DNA of 64,000 nt from Octopus sinensis (Eukaryota), in NCBI RefSeq assembly GCF_006345805.1, contig NC_043001.1, forward strand, positions 100,564,001 to 100,628,000, written 5' to 3'. This document shows positions 39,046 to 52,603 of the stretch, one piece after another. The translations under genes were made by a program, and so were the position numbers. The first letter of the stretch is position 1, and every line of letters starts with the position of its first letter. Under the pieces are notes generated by a model. That model was not told the DNA's origin, made no database searches, and saw only the letters and a list, made by a program, of their open reading frames with translations.

Positions 39046-39324
39046 ATGTAGAAATGGAAAAGAAAACGATTAAATACATTGTGTTCAACTCGGCAGGGGC
39101 TTAGCAAGGAAGAGGACATTTCTGGGTATGAATAAGATGGGGATTGTACAGTCTGGAAGTTGTGTGAGTATTAGGGAGCATCAACCAGAATTAGCATAGA
39201 CATCCTGAAGAAGACAAAGCAGCTATACACTGAGGTATACTTATCCATAGAAGCTGGGTGAACAAGGCTAACCAAATTAATATTTTACTTTTATTTTTAA
39301 TTTGCTTCAGTCATTTGACTGTGA

Positions 39325-40040
39325 CCAGAATCGTTTCTAACTTCGGATCGAAGTGTGTAAGCAACAAGTTTGAAGTTAACATGCTGTTTAGTTCCTCAAA
39401 TGCCTTCTGGCATTTTTCTGGCTAAAACTATTTGGCATTCTTTTTTAACAGCTCGTTTAGTGGAGCCCTTGTGTTGTATATGTTCAGGATATATACTTGA
39501 TAGTAGTTTACCATGCCTACAAATGCTTGTAACAATTTGATGTTAGTTGGGGGAAGCATATTGCGTATTACCGTCGCCCTTGATAAGACTGGCCTTCATC
39601 CCCTTTCGTCAATTACTTGACTTAAATATTTGAATTTTTCATAAAAAATTCATACTTTTCCTCTTTGTTAGTCTAAACCCATATTCATTTATTTTTCTGA
39701 ATACTTTTTTTAGCATGTTTAAAGTGCTGCTCCACTTTATTAAAATATCACCAAAATAAGCAATAGCAAAGCCACAATAATTTAACATTGCATCCATCAC
39801 ACTCGTTGGAATATGGCAGGTGCTACTTTTACTCAAAAAGGGAGCCGCTTGAATTTATACAATTCACGGTCTGTGTTGATTGTTAAATGGTTTGCGTAAT
39901 CTTTCTCTACCAGTATCTGTAGATAGCATTCCGAGAGGTCTAACTTCGTGAAAATTTTTCCTCAATTTAGTTTTGAGAACACTTCTTCTGAGCTTGGTAA
40001 TGGATAATTGTGTTAGACTAAACAGTCATTTAATCCACTT
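39325..40040 (-). mobile_element. Ty3/gypsy pol fragment (RT and connection)
   Basis: FTKLDLSECY, LYKFKRLPF, IAYFGDILI (degenerate YxDD), AFVGMVNYY, QKAFEEL, DPKLETI. Confidence 0.85.
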
Positions 40041-40062
40041 GAAAAGTTCGCACACACTCTCA

Positions 40063-40127
<65 letters not shown>

Positions 40128-40656
40128 TAGTTTTATTTTTATAGCGTGCTTTCACTTCACTACCGAGCGCAGCTCTGTGTGCCTTGGGTATGTGCTGTGA
40201 TTTGTTGTGATGCTCTGATTGTTTTTGTATGGAAAGTGTTCTGCGTAGGATGTGTGCAGTGCCTAGTAGTGCAATTTTCTGTATGTTATATGTGTTTGTA
40301 AGTCCTGGTGTTTTTGTTATGTATTTGTCTGAATATTTTTTTTATCATGCCTAATGCACCTACTATGATAGGAATTGTTTCTGTTTTTAGATTCACATTC
40401 TGGTTACCTCTATTTCCAGGTCTTTGTATTTTGAAAGTTTTTCCATTTCTTTTAGAGACACATTGTCATCTGCCGGTATTGATACATCAATTAGAAAGCA
40501 TTTTTTTCTTCATGATCTCTGACAACTATATCTGGTCTGTTGGCCTTAATTTCTCTATCTGTGTGTATCGGCATATCCCAGGGTATGGTTGCTTTCTCGT
40601 TTTCTGTGACCTTTTCTGGTGTGTGCCTATACCATCTTTTTTCTGTTGCTATTCCA

Positions 40657-41773
40657 CACCCTGGCAGTTGAGGGGACCTGTGGAAGAGGTAGACCCAGGA
40701 AAACCTGGGTCGAGGTGGTGAAGCACGACCTTCGAACTCTAGGTCTCACCAAGGAAATGACCAGAGACCGAGACCTATGGAAGTATGCTGTGCGTGAGAA
40801 GACCCGGCAAGACCAGTGAGAACAATCAAAATCAAATCATATATCAGAAAGCAGGGGTTAAGTGACCCATCTGTTCGTGTCCACTGTCAGCCTCGTCTGG
40901 CACCCGTGCGGTGATACGTAAAAGCACCATTCGCTCATGGCCGTTTGCCAGCTCTGCCTGGCCCCGTGTCGGTGGCACGTAAAAGCACCATCCGTTCGTG
41001 TCCGTTGCCAGCCTCGGCTGGCCCCCGTGCCGGTGACACATAAAAGCACCGTCCATTCGTGGCCGTTTGCCAGCTCTGTCTGGCCCCGTGTCGGTGGCAC
41101 GTAAAAGCACCATCCGTTCGTGTTCGTTTCCAGCCTCGCCTGGCCCCGTGCCGGTGACACATAAAAGCACCGTCCGTTCGTGGCCGTTTGCCAGCTCTGT
41201 CTGGCAACTGTGTCGGTGGGACGTAAAAGCACCATCTGTTCGCGTCCGTTGCCAGCCTCGGCTGGCCCCCGTGCCGGTGACACGTAAAAGCACCATCCGT
41301 TCGTGGCCGTTTGCCAGCTCTGTCTGGCCCCGTGTCGGTGGCACGTAAAAGCACCATCCGTCCGTGTCCGTTGCCAGCCTCGGCTGACCCCCGTGCCAGT
41401 GACACGTAAAAGCACCATCCGTTCGTGGCCGGTTGCCAGCTCTGTCTGGCCCCGTGTTGGTGGCACCTAAAAGCACCATCCGTTCGTGTCCGTTGCCAGC
41501 ATCGCCTGGCCCCGTGCCGGTTACACATAAAAGCACCATCCGTTCGTGGCCGTTCGCCAGCTCTGTCTGGCACCTGTGCAGGTGGCACGTAAAAAACACC
41601 CACTACACTCACGGAGTGGTTGGCGTTAGGAAGGGCATCCAGCCGTAGAAACACTGCCAGATCTGACTGGGCCTGACGAAGCCTTCCAGCTTCACAGACC
41701 CCAGTTGACCCGTCCAACCCATGCTAGCATGGAAAACGGACGTTAAACGATGATGATGATGATGATGATGATG
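40657..41773 (+). mobile_element. RTE 3' end nested in the R4/Dong element, 6-bp TSD ATTCCA
   Basis: GRGRPRKTW...EKTRQDQ stop, UTR array, (GAT)n; ATTCCA at 40651-40656 and 41774-41779. Confidence 0.95.
40857..41600 (+). repeat. Twelve ~61-bp units in strict A/B alternation
   Basis: AAAAGCACC recurs about every 61 bp; A units carry GTGTCCG..GCCTCG and B units GTGGCCG..GCTCTG. Confidence 0.95.
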
Positions 41774-43175
41774 ATTCCATAATGTTGGCTTAGCTTCCAG
41801 TGTATGTAGGTTCCAACTCTGTCATGTCTGTGAATATATTCCTTCTTAGCCAGGACTGGGCAGCCAGAGATAATATGATTTATTGTTTCTTGTCCATCTC
41901 CACATATTCTGCAGTTACTTGTTATATTTCTTTTCATTACATGTTTTTGGTAATTTCTGGTGGGGAGGCTTTGGTCTTGTGTTGCAATTAAAAATCCCTC
42001 TGTTTCTGCTTTGAGTCCTGAGCTTCTCAACCATTGCTGGGATTTTTCTTTGTCTATTTCTTTTGCGTTTAGTTTAGTCCAGTATTTACCATGAAGGGGC
42101 TTTTCTTGTCATCGTTTTATCATGGTTCGTTGCTGTTCTGTTTTTAGTTTGGATTTCATTTCTTTTATAGCTTTTGTTGTTTCTTCATCTTCTTCTTCTT
42201 CTTCTTCATATTTATTAGGTGGTATGATTTCTTGTTTGTATTTGTCAGCTTCCTTAAATACTGAGAACAGTTTTTTGTTTTGCTCGTGTTTTGCCGCTAT
42301 TTGTATCAGTTTTCCTTCCTTCTGAAGTAGATATTTTTGCAGTCCTATGGTGGTTATTTTATAGTAGTTTTCCAGCTGTATAAGGCCTCTACCACCTTCT
42401 ATACGTTGTATATATAGTCTTTCTATGTCAGATTTTGGGTGATGCATCCTAGATCCTGTCATTATTTTTCTTGTTTTCCTATCTATTTTGGTCAGTTCAT
42501 TTAGTGTCCAGTTAAGGATATTGTAGCTGTAACTTATAACTGGGACAGCTAAAGTGTTAATACCTATTATCTTGTTTTTAGCATTGAGCTCTGTTTTTAG
42601 CATTGATCTAACTCGTCTATAATATTCTTTTTTTATTTTCTCTTTCATTTGTGTGTGTTGTGTCTTATCTAGTTCATGGATTCCTAAGTATTTGTAAGTT
42701 TGGCTTTGGTCTAATTCTTTTATTTCATTGGTTTTATCTAGTGTGATATTACTACTCTTAACTAGTTTTCCTCTTTTCATGGTTACTTTGGCGCATTTTT
42801 CTAATCCAAATTTCATATTTATTTCTTTGGTAAATCCATGAACTGTCTTTAATAGTGTTTCCAGCTGTTTGTCATTTGCAGCGTATAGTTTTAGGTCATC
42901 CATTATAAAAGGTGGCTGATCGTTTTGCCGTAACATTTATATCCGCATCCAGTTCTATTTAGCATATCAGATAGAGGTGACAGTGCCAAGCAGAAAAGGA
43001 GTGGAGAGAGCGTGTCTCCCTGGAATATTCCTCTTCTAATGGGGATGGCTTTGGTTTTCATGAGTCCCTCTTTTGTTTGGAGCTGTAGCACTGTTTGCCA
43101 TTTATTCATAGAGTGCCCAATGAATTTTATAATTGTTGGTGCTACTTTGTTAATGGCTAGTGTTTCGAGGACTAT

Positions 43176-43390
43176 CGAGCACTATCTGGAGTATTCGAGC
43201 GGTTCTAAGCAGTGCTGTTTTCTGCAAGTGCTTCACCCCACCCTTATCACAGCCCCTATTTGTTCCACATACTTCTCAAGATTTTTACTCACTGCTCTCA
43301 GGGCTCCAACAATTATTGGTACTACTACCACCTTTTTCATCGACCACAACTGCTTAACTACCCAAGCTAACCTGTCATATCTATCGACTA
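43176..43390 (-). mobile_element. C-terminal coding fragment of a second R4/Dong-like family
   Basis: LWSMKKVVVVPIIVGAL...LQKTALLRTARIL, homologous to but diverged from 40240-40420. Confidence 0.8.
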
Positions 43391-43514
43391 TAACAATAAT
43401 AACAATAATAATAATGATAATAATAATAATAATAATAATAATGATAATAATAATAATAATAATATAATAATAATAATAATATAATAATAATAATAATAAT
43501 TATTATTATTATTA

Positions 43515-43615
43515 CTATAGACGTTGCACAGTATACAATATCGTGAGGTTGTTGATTGAAGGTATTGTGTCTACCGGGAGTTGTTCTGTTTGTCAAGTCA
43601 CAACAAAGACCTCAG

Positions 43616-43617
<2 letters not shown>
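43515..43617 (-). mobile_element. Probable short R4/Dong-like 3' UTR insertion in (TAA)n
   Basis: ~100-bp non-repetitive insert flanked on both sides by TAA/TTA repeats. Confidence 0.4.
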
Positions 43618-43655
<38 letters not shown>

Positions 43656-44061
43656 TCTGGCGTGGTCACTAGGTCACACATTTCATTTTTGGTGGAATGT
43701 GGTGGGGGAGGGGCAGAATTAGTTTAGACTGACCCCAGTACATCTCTGTTACATGTATTTTATCAACCATGAAACATAAACCCTACAAGCTCTTTGTTCA
43801 ATGCTCTACTGATTCTGCCAGTTCGGTAGCTTCAAGGATAATAATAACAATAACAGTTATAATAAAATCTAATAGTACTTAACTGTTTTTCTGTCACCAA
43901 TTAGTTATCTTATTTCGTGGCATTTTATATATTTGCTAGAAATCCACAAATTCCATCACGAGATGAAAATGAAGAATTGGGTAGGGCTTAGCTAAATGGA
44001 AATAAATCACATTCGTTGGCTGTGCACAGAGAAGCTGAGCAGGAAAATTGATCTCTCCGCT

Positions 44062-44112
44062 TCACACAAACTGTTCATATATAACTCTGGTGATTCCAGG
44101 ATTACTTGTCAC
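44062..44112 (-). other. Candidate terminal coding exon (VTSNPGITRVIYEQFV-stop)
   Basis: Long pyrimidine tract plus AAG acceptor, in non-repetitive sequence. Confidence 0.2.
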
Positions 44113-44280
44113 CTTGGACAAAAAAAAAAAAAGAAGATATTTCCAAAGTGAGAGAGAGAAATTCTTGACTTAAGTCGGCAAGCAATGACAAGTAACTTGG
44201 TAAGAAAGAAAAAAACAAATTCTTTATTTCTCATCAAAATCACCTCACAGAAACAAATGCATGTGTGTGCATGTGTGTGT

Positions 44281-44315
<35 letters not shown>

Positions 44316-44422
44316 CATGGGGGGTGAGCAGAAGCCCACGCACATGCATGCACACATAATTACATATAAATGAATATATAAATACATACATACACGCACA
44401 CACATTCATATATATATGTATG

Positions 44423-44502
<80 letters not shown>

Positions 44503-45669
44503 TAGATAGATAGATAGATATAGGGACTAATGCATATATGTGTGTATATGTACAAATATATTATATATACATTCGTATACATGAATATCATACATACATA
44601 CACACACACATACATACATACTTACATATATACATAAATACATAGATACTTACATACATACAAAAATACATACATGCATACATACATACATACATACGTA
44701 CATACTTACATACATACATACATACATATTACAGTGCTTTTGTAGAAAGTTGAATATGCTAGGAAAAAACACAGAAGCATCATTCTAAGAGCAAATACAA
44801 AAAGTGGAAATGTAAAACAGTTTCTGGTAATATTAAAATGAAAGCTCAAGTTTCATGGGTAACTTTGATTTAATAACTAAATCAGCAAGGAAAATAGATA
44901 AATTCAAAAATGTTGGCTGTAAATTCCTTCAAAGACAAAACATTGGACAGATCTTAGTTGAAGAGGTGATATTAAGAAGAAAGAAAAACCTATAGAGATG
45001 GAAGGATTGCTGGTAGGCAGCTTATCTTAGAATCAATCCTTCCTCTACATTTCATTCCCAAACACCCACCATTTCCCCTTATCACCTGAGAGTAGAATAG
45101 GCACGGTCTACATCGCCACCCCATCCAGATTCCTCAATTACCTTTCTTTCCCACATTTTCTCCCTACCCAAGGTCTCCACTAATCACCTACTTCTTTCAC
45201 CTCCTCTCTGAGCCTCTCCTCTCCATCCCTGAGCCTCTCCTATATTTCTTTTCATCATTTTCTAGTCACCTCATCCTGCCCACATATTTAGCCCAAGCCT
45301 CTGTGTCACTTCACCTAGTCTCATCACCCCTAATGTCCACTGAGAGTATATCTCAACAAATCTTCACCATAAGCTCCCTCCCCACCTCTCTCTCTCTCTC
45401 TAACAACTGTTTTCCATGCTGACATGGTTTGGATGGTTTGACTGGAGCTGGGCCAGGCATCATACCATGTTCTATAGCCTGTTTCAGCATGGTTTCTACA
45501 ACTGGATGCCCTTCCTAATGTCAACCACTATACAGGGTGGCTTGAGTGCTTTTTACATGGTTTACATGTTGCCCAAGTAACAGAAACTGTTTACTATTTC
45601 TAAAGAGCCCCCTCTCCCATACATTTAAGGGGATCTATTTTTTGTACATTCCTGGAGTTTATTGCACCT

Positions 45670-46059
45670 GCTCATCTGCCACACATAAAGACTACTTTCT
45701 CTGTTAACCTTTGCACTTATGTATCAATTGCTTGTACTGGGTACACTGTATGGACTTCCTACCAGCACCTTCCCAACATATCAAGCAGGGCCATCTCTCA
45801 GAAAGGATCAGCAATTTGTTCATTTTCCTGACTAATAGTGAAAGTACCATCCAATCGTGGACATTGCCAGCCTTCTCTGGCCCCTGTGCCGGTGGCACGT
45901 AAAAAGCACCCACTACACTCTTGGAGTGGTTGGCATAAAGAAGGGCATCCAGCTGTAGAAACACTGCCAGATCAGACTGGAGCCTGGTGCAGCCTCCTGG
46001 CTTCCCAGACCCCAGTCGAACCGTCCAACACATGCCAGCATGGAAAACGGACGTTAAAC

Positions 46060-46090
<31 letters not shown>
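45670..46090. mobile_element. RTE fragments: finger region (minus) joined to a 3' end (plus)
   Basis: WPCLICWEGAGRKSIQCTQY on minus; conserved terminus and (GAT)n on plus. Confidence 0.8.
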
Positions 46091-46091
<1 letters not shown>

Positions 46092-46149
46092 CATAATACT
46101 GTGGGTATCTTTGGAGGAAATCCGTAACTGAGTCATCAAAATCTTCATC

Positions 46150-47240
46150 ATTAGAAAAGGGATCAAATCAGCTAACATTTCAGCAGGAGTAAAAGGAATT
46201 CTTTTTGTCTACGAAATTTGACATGGAACTGTAGGACAGCTCAGTAGACATTACTGCTTTTGTTTTGCAGACGTAAAGCAATTACCTGGAGATGTATCGC
46301 TCTTGGTATCAAAAGCGCTTTTGATAGAATCTGCCACAATGTACTTTGTGCAAACTGAAACCCAAAGAAATTCTAGGTAAAATGATGAAATCATTGCAAA
46401 GTTACGCTAACAAAAAATCCAATAAAACCAGTCTTTCATGTAAATTATCTGATCCAGCACCTTTCAGGACATTAATCCACTAAGATCTGCTTCTGGACTC
46501 AGTTATACATAAATAATCTGATCAAGACCAATGGAAACCTCTTGAATGTTATTATTTCATGCTGTTTGTACCAGTAGGATTATCATGACCCTAAGGAAAA
46601 GAGATGCATCAAATTTTGATTTTCATTTTAGGAATTATAAGCTTCCTATGGAAAAGCATAAAGTTTTAAATTTTGGGTGTAACCCTAACAGGAACCTTAA
46701 TAGCATGTTGATATGGGTAGAATATATCAATACCATTTGTAACAGATCTGCACAGGGGGTTGGAATGGTAAACACAATCAATAGATATGAAAGGGACAGC
46801 TGCCGTTTACAGAGCACAAGCTTGAAATATCATGGAGTATGGCCATCTATCCCAAATCTATATTTCATCTGCCTTCGTTTTACATCTCATTGAAATCCAA
46901 AGCTATTCTGTCATTCCAGAATGAAAGACTCGTTGCACAATGACTCGCACCTTCGCATTCGCACCATCTCTCTTGACACTTGATGTCTTCTCACTTGTTG
47001 TGCATCACCTCTCTATGCTTTGCTGTCAATATGATGAACAAATTCCTTGAAAGCTGCAACAGAACCACCCCCAGCTGATAGAATACATACTTTCAAAAAG
47101 CTGAGTATACAAATATTGTCTATCACTTTCAGCTTTGATAATGAGGTGAACTTGAGATTAGCCAGCTGGAACTGAGCAGAGCAGTAATCATACTGTGTCG
47201 AATATTGATCCTGATGAAGACTAAAAGAATTTGGTAGGCA
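46150..47240. pseudogene. Very decayed LINE RT fragments
   Basis: LGIKSAFDRICH on plus (~46305) and RHSMITALL on minus (~47190). Confidence 0.35.
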
Positions 47241-49319
47241 GACTTCTAAATAATATTGGACAAATGTTATTGAATAAACTGTTGTTAAAAATAGAAGAGA
47301 TGACATTAGATGAAAGAGAATCTAAAAGATTATTGGAAGCATTATTCCCTTACAAACATATATCTCTTCTTTCTTCATTTCAAATTCAATTCTGGCCAAC
47401 ATACATCACCATTTCTCTAACAATGTTATCATTTTATATATATCAGCAGAGATGAGTTCAATTTTGTAACTCATATATTTGTTTTTGTTATTGCTATTTT
47501 ATTCTAATCTTGAACCTAGAAAAAGATTCAAGTCATGAGCAAACTTCCTTTTCCTCATCCTAAATATATCTAGGATAACATCATCCAATGTCTTCTTCCT
47601 TTTTGCTGTTTTTTTCTTCTTTTTAATGCAGAATATATGATTTGAGGATTATTTTCTTGTGAGCAACAGACTTATGTGAAGTGATATGTATGGCAGTGGT
47701 TCATATCAAGCAAAATACAATTAAAGAGCTGGAATTAAAATACATTTGTAAGATCTGAAGAGGAAAGGATATTTCATATTAAATCATTGTCTTAGTCTAT
47801 ATCAGACTAGTGTATCCGTCTCATACATGGATTAGATACAAGTTCTTTGACTGTTGTCTTATAATGTATTTTAAAGACAGGCAAAGCTAAGTTAGCAGAC
47901 CAAGCAGTAATTCATATTTGTTTGGTCAGTCTGGCTACCGGTGGCCAGATTGATTACCTTCACTTGATCACTTAAGTATTGATAATTAATCCGGTTAAAC
48001 TAAGTTTGGTGGAATATAATCTAGCATCGTCTCAAAATACTGGAGTTGAAACATTAAGTAATTGAAACATTAAACCCCGCAACTTTATAGGTTAAATATA
48101 CAACAACAAGTTCAGTGACGACAGCATGCTAAACTCTAGTAAAAGATAATTATGATTCTGGCTTAGGTTACATTTTATTAGATTCGGTGTTGTTTCATTA
48201 ATTTGGCAACCATTTAATCTCTCTACACATATTTCTCATCCTTCTTACACACACATACACATAGACACATATATATATAAATATAGAGAGAGATGTGTGT
48301 CTATACATGCGAATACAATTGTGTGTGTGTGCATATATATGTATGTATGCATATACATGTATATATATGGGTATGTATGTATATATGATAAATATAAGTG
48401 GTACATAAAAATGGTAACGCCTCCTAATATAGCAAATCATATTGACCAATTTATTCTTTGCTTTGATTGAATGTGTCATGCTTAACATTTTCGGTAAACT
48501 ACAGACTAAAATCTCTCATCAGACTTGATGCTAGCTTCAAAGAAATTTGTAGGAATTTTTATTGGGAGATTTTGTTTCCCTCTCATTGGTATTTCCATAT
48601 TTTCTATGGCTATATTTACATAGTGTTTAGTTGTGTTGTAAAGCAACTATCTTAGCTCTGTGTACTGGGAGCATAAAAGATATTGTAAGATGGTAGATAT
48701 TGGGTTTAATAGAGGTTGAATGTGATTAACAATCTAACATTTGTTCGGTTGCTGATACAACTGTAGGCTTATTGTTTTATCTGGTGAACAGGACAGCTTC
48801 AAACATTGGACACTAACTTTCAAATGAATTGACAAGATATAGCGAGGGAGTACAAGGGGGAGAGAGAGAGAGAGAGGTGGAAGAGGAATATAAGAGATAA
48901 GAGAGAGAAAGAGAGAAAATGAAAGAAGGAAAATAAGGAGAAAGAAAGCTATAGTGTACAAGAGTGTGTGTATTTGTATGTAAATGAATAAGAAAGAGAA
49001 ACAAGAAGAAAGACATTAAGAAAATAGAAAGGAAGAAGGAAATAGAGAAAGTTATACATATTTATAGATAAACACCCATTATTGATGATATTCTTTCTTA
49101 AGACTCTTATTTAACAAGTCTTGTGTGATTTGATAGTAACTTAGCTGTTATTTCCAGTAACTTTGTAGAAGCTCCCTTTTCTAGCCGATATTGAGGCCCT
49201 TTGTGTTATAGTTGATGCTGTTGTGTAGTCCATAGTCAGCCTTCATTAAGTGAAACTTTAAGCATAGATATTCCCACCATGACCAACTCATCTGCATTTC
49301 AGACATAGTGTACTATTCA

Positions 49320-49600
49320 GTACATGCATATACGATGAGGTGGCTACAACAAATTACGAATCTCATATTCTTTGACAAGATCAAGAATGAAGAGATCCTA
49401 CGATGTGCTGGTCTGCCTCCTATCATGGAAATACTCTTTGATAGAAATTTACGTTGGTTTAGCCACATACACAGAATGGACAACAATAGACTCCGCAGAC
49501 AACCCTTTGACTCCTAACTATGCAAGCGGAAAAGACATCATGGAGGACCTAGACTGAGATTCAAAGAGAGTGCAGAAAGGAATTGGTCATAACAAAATGG
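49320..49600 (+). mobile_element. RTE C-terminal fragment
   Basis: DKIKNEEIL..LRWFSHIHRMDNNRL..GGPRLRFK. Confidence 0.8.
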
Positions 49601-49861
49601 CAAACTCAAGCAAAAAACTGACCAGTAAGGAGAAAGCTTATCAAATCAGGATAAAGACATGAACTGTCATAGTGGCAACGAGGGACTGGGGGCAGGGCAC
49701 TTTTAATTTTCTTTTAAGCTAGAAGCTTGTGATTTTGGAGAAAAGATAACTGGTATTTCTGGCTCAACAGGAAACAAAATTTACCACTTTACCACATATG
49801 TACAGTGGTGATGAAGGAATGTTGTGTCTCTCCATTGCTATGCAAAGTCAAGAATTATTAA

Positions 49862-50082
49862 CCCTTTCATTACCAACCCGGCTGAAACCACCTCGGGCTC
49901 TGTAGTACAAATGTCTTGTTTTCATAAGTTTTGAATTAAAATCTTCCACCAAACTTTAGTCACAATTTATGTTCCTAACACTAGTTTAATGATAACTTAG
50001 TTATTTAACTAAATTATTTCTTATATTTAAAGTAATTGAAAGAAACAGAGAGCATCTCAACAGAAATACAGTAACGAAAGGG
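49862..50082. mobile_element. piggyBac-type MITE
   Basis: TTAA on both flanks; TIR CCCTTTC(A/G)TTAC. Confidence 0.85.
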
Positions 50083-50243
50083 TTAAATCTCTCTACCTTC
50101 CATATTCATTTAACTCTGTAGTTTTTTGAATGTGACAAACTGTGTATACCACTTCACACACACAAGCACAGTATGTGTATACATACATACATACATACAT
50201 ACATACATACATACATACATACATACACACATACATACATATA

Positions 50244-51508
50244 CAGGAGTTGGACAAAATAATAGAAACACCTAGCATCATAGCATCTTAAATTTGAAAT
50301 ATCTATAAAACCATCAAAAGCTTATTTATTTTTGTGTTTTTTAATTTATTATTAGTGTTGTTTTATATGTTTTGCTAAAATTGCTGTTTCTTTTCAGATA
50401 TCATCAGAAAAAGGTAATTAAAATTCGTTAAAATGACAGATCTATCGGACTTTCAAAGAGATCAAATTGTTGGTGCTTGTATGGCAGGCACCAGCATAAT
50501 GAAAACAGCCGAGATGTTTGGTGCATCAAGAAGTACTGTCTTGAAAGTTATGAGAGACTGTGAGAAAGAGGGAAAAACCTCCTCATCGAAACAAAACTCC
50601 GGGAGAAAACCAAAACTTTCACATAGGGACCATCGGATTCTTACATAAATTGTTAGATGGGATCACAAAAGTACAGCTCCCAAAATTACTGCAGAGCTTA
50701 ATGACCACCTTGAGAACATAGTCTCCACAGGACTGTTTGCCAGGAGCTGCACAAAGCCAGATTTCATGGGAGGGCTGCAATCAGAGAACCACTACTTTCA
50801 AAAGCAAATGTTGCAAAGCATTTAGAGTGGAGTAACAACCTATAGAATTAATCCCTAGAGCAGTGGAAGAATCTTATTTTCTCAGACGAGTCAACCTTTA
50901 CCATATTTCTGACCACCGGCTGAGTATATATGTGGAGACAGCCAAAAGAAGCATTTGACTTAGACAGCCTTCTTCCAACTGTTAAACACGGATTGGATCT
51001 GTAATGATCTGGTGGGGGGAGGGTCCTATATCTTGGAAATTCACCGGCCCAATGGTTTCCCTTCATGGCACAATTAATAGTCAAGACTAATTAAAGATTT
51101 TATTTGATCAAATTCATCCTATGTTTGTGGAACTCTTTCTAGAGGTAAACACAATCTTTCAGGATGATAATGTACTAATTCACACAGCTAAAGTTGTTAC
51201 TGAATGCACGAGTAACATTCTAGTGAAGCTGAACATCTTATACCCAGATCTCAATATTATTTAACATTTATGGTGCATTTTAGAAAAACAAGTAAGGAGT
51301 CGATATTCTCCAGTATCATCACTACAAGAACTGGAGACTGCTTTAGCTGAAGAATGGATAAAAATTCCATTGGAAACAATTCGAGCTTTGTACGAATCCA
51401 TAGCTCATAGAATTCAAGCTGTAATTACTGTCAAAGGTGGTCCTACTCCATATTAAAATAAATTTGTTTGAAATTTTAAGGTGTTTCCATTATTTTGTCC
51501 AACCCCTG
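50244..51508 (+). mobile_element. Full-length decayed Tc1 transposon
   Basis: 30-bp TIRs CAGGRGTTGGACAAAATAATRGAAACACCT, TA flanks; ORF from 50433 MTDLSDFQR, then FSDES, FQDDN, PDLNII; several stops. Confidence 0.95.
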
Positions 51509-51543
51509 TATATATATATATATATTATATATATATATAATAT

Positions 51544-51599
<56 letters not shown>

Positions 51600-51700
51600 A
51601 TTAATAAGGGTGATAGAATTAGATACTAATTTAATAGTATCCCGATTCAACACCAAGTGGCCCAGTGCACAGAGAAACTGTGACCACTCTGTTATATTTA

Positions 51701-51784
<84 letters not shown>

Positions 51785-51786
<2 letters not shown>

Positions 51787-52540
51787 CATCATCATCATTT
51801 AACGTCCGTTTACCATGCTAGCATGGGTTGGACGATTTTGACTGAGGGCTGGCGAACCAGGCTCCAATCTTGATCTGGCAGAGTTTCTACAGCTAGATGC
51901 CCTTCCTAATGCCACCCACTCCGAGAGTGTAGTGGGTGCTTTTTACATGCCACCGGCGTGGGGGCCAATCAGGCAGTACTGGCAATGACCTCGCTCAAAT
52001 CTTTTTACACATGCCACCAGCACAGGTGCCAGTGAAGCGATGTTGGTAACAATCATGGTTGAATGGTGTCTTTTACATGCCATGAGTACAGAAGCCAGTT
52101 GGCTGCTCTGGCAATGATCACGCTCAGATGGTGCTCTTGGCACCCTACTAGCACAGGCATAAGTGCCAGTAAGACGACGCTGGTAATGATCATACTTGAA
52201 TGATTACACTTGTATGGTACTCTTTGCACCCTGCTAGCATGGATGCCAGTCATCTAATTGATTTTGATTTTGATTTCCCTTGCCTCAACAGGTCTTCGCA
52301 AGCAGAGTTTAGTGACCAAAGAAGGAAAAGGTACGCATAAGTGGGCTGGTTACGCTCCTGGCATAGGCCACAGGTTATGGTCTCATTTGGCTTGCTGAGT
52401 CTTCTCGAGCACAGCATATTTCCAACAGTCTCGGTCGCTAGTCATTTCCTTGCTGAGTCCTAATGTTCGAAGGTTGTGCTTCACCACTTCATCCCAGGTC
52501 TTCCTGGGTCTACCTCTTCCACAGGTTTCTTCAACCGCTA
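51785..52540 (-). mobile_element. RTE 3' end with diverged UTR units
   Basis: GRGRPRKTWDE remnant through to the (GAT)n tail. Confidence 0.9.
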
Positions 52541-52571
52541 GTATGTATATATATGTATATATATATATGTG

Positions 52572-52599
<28 letters not shown>

Positions 52600-52603
<4 letters not shown>

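Larger units (their letters stand above)
40124..43175 (-). mobile_element. 5'-truncated R4/Dong-like RLE non-LTR retrotransposon, interrupted at 40657-41773
   Basis: GIFQGDTLSPLLF, HLL(Y)MDDLK (frameshift), YKYLG, knuckle CRIC..H....C, RHD, ANRPDIV..LIDV endonuclease; 3' end abuts (TAA)n. Confidence 0.9.

Noticed and set aside
40857-41600. CRISPR-like array
   Set aside because: The units are homologous along their whole length, there are no unique spacers or cas genes, and the context is a eukaryotic LINE UTR.
40844-41717. Overlapping 200-260 aa ORFs
   Set aside because: Stop-free GC-rich tandem repeat read antisense to the LINE; likewise 10552-11312 and 34024-34477.
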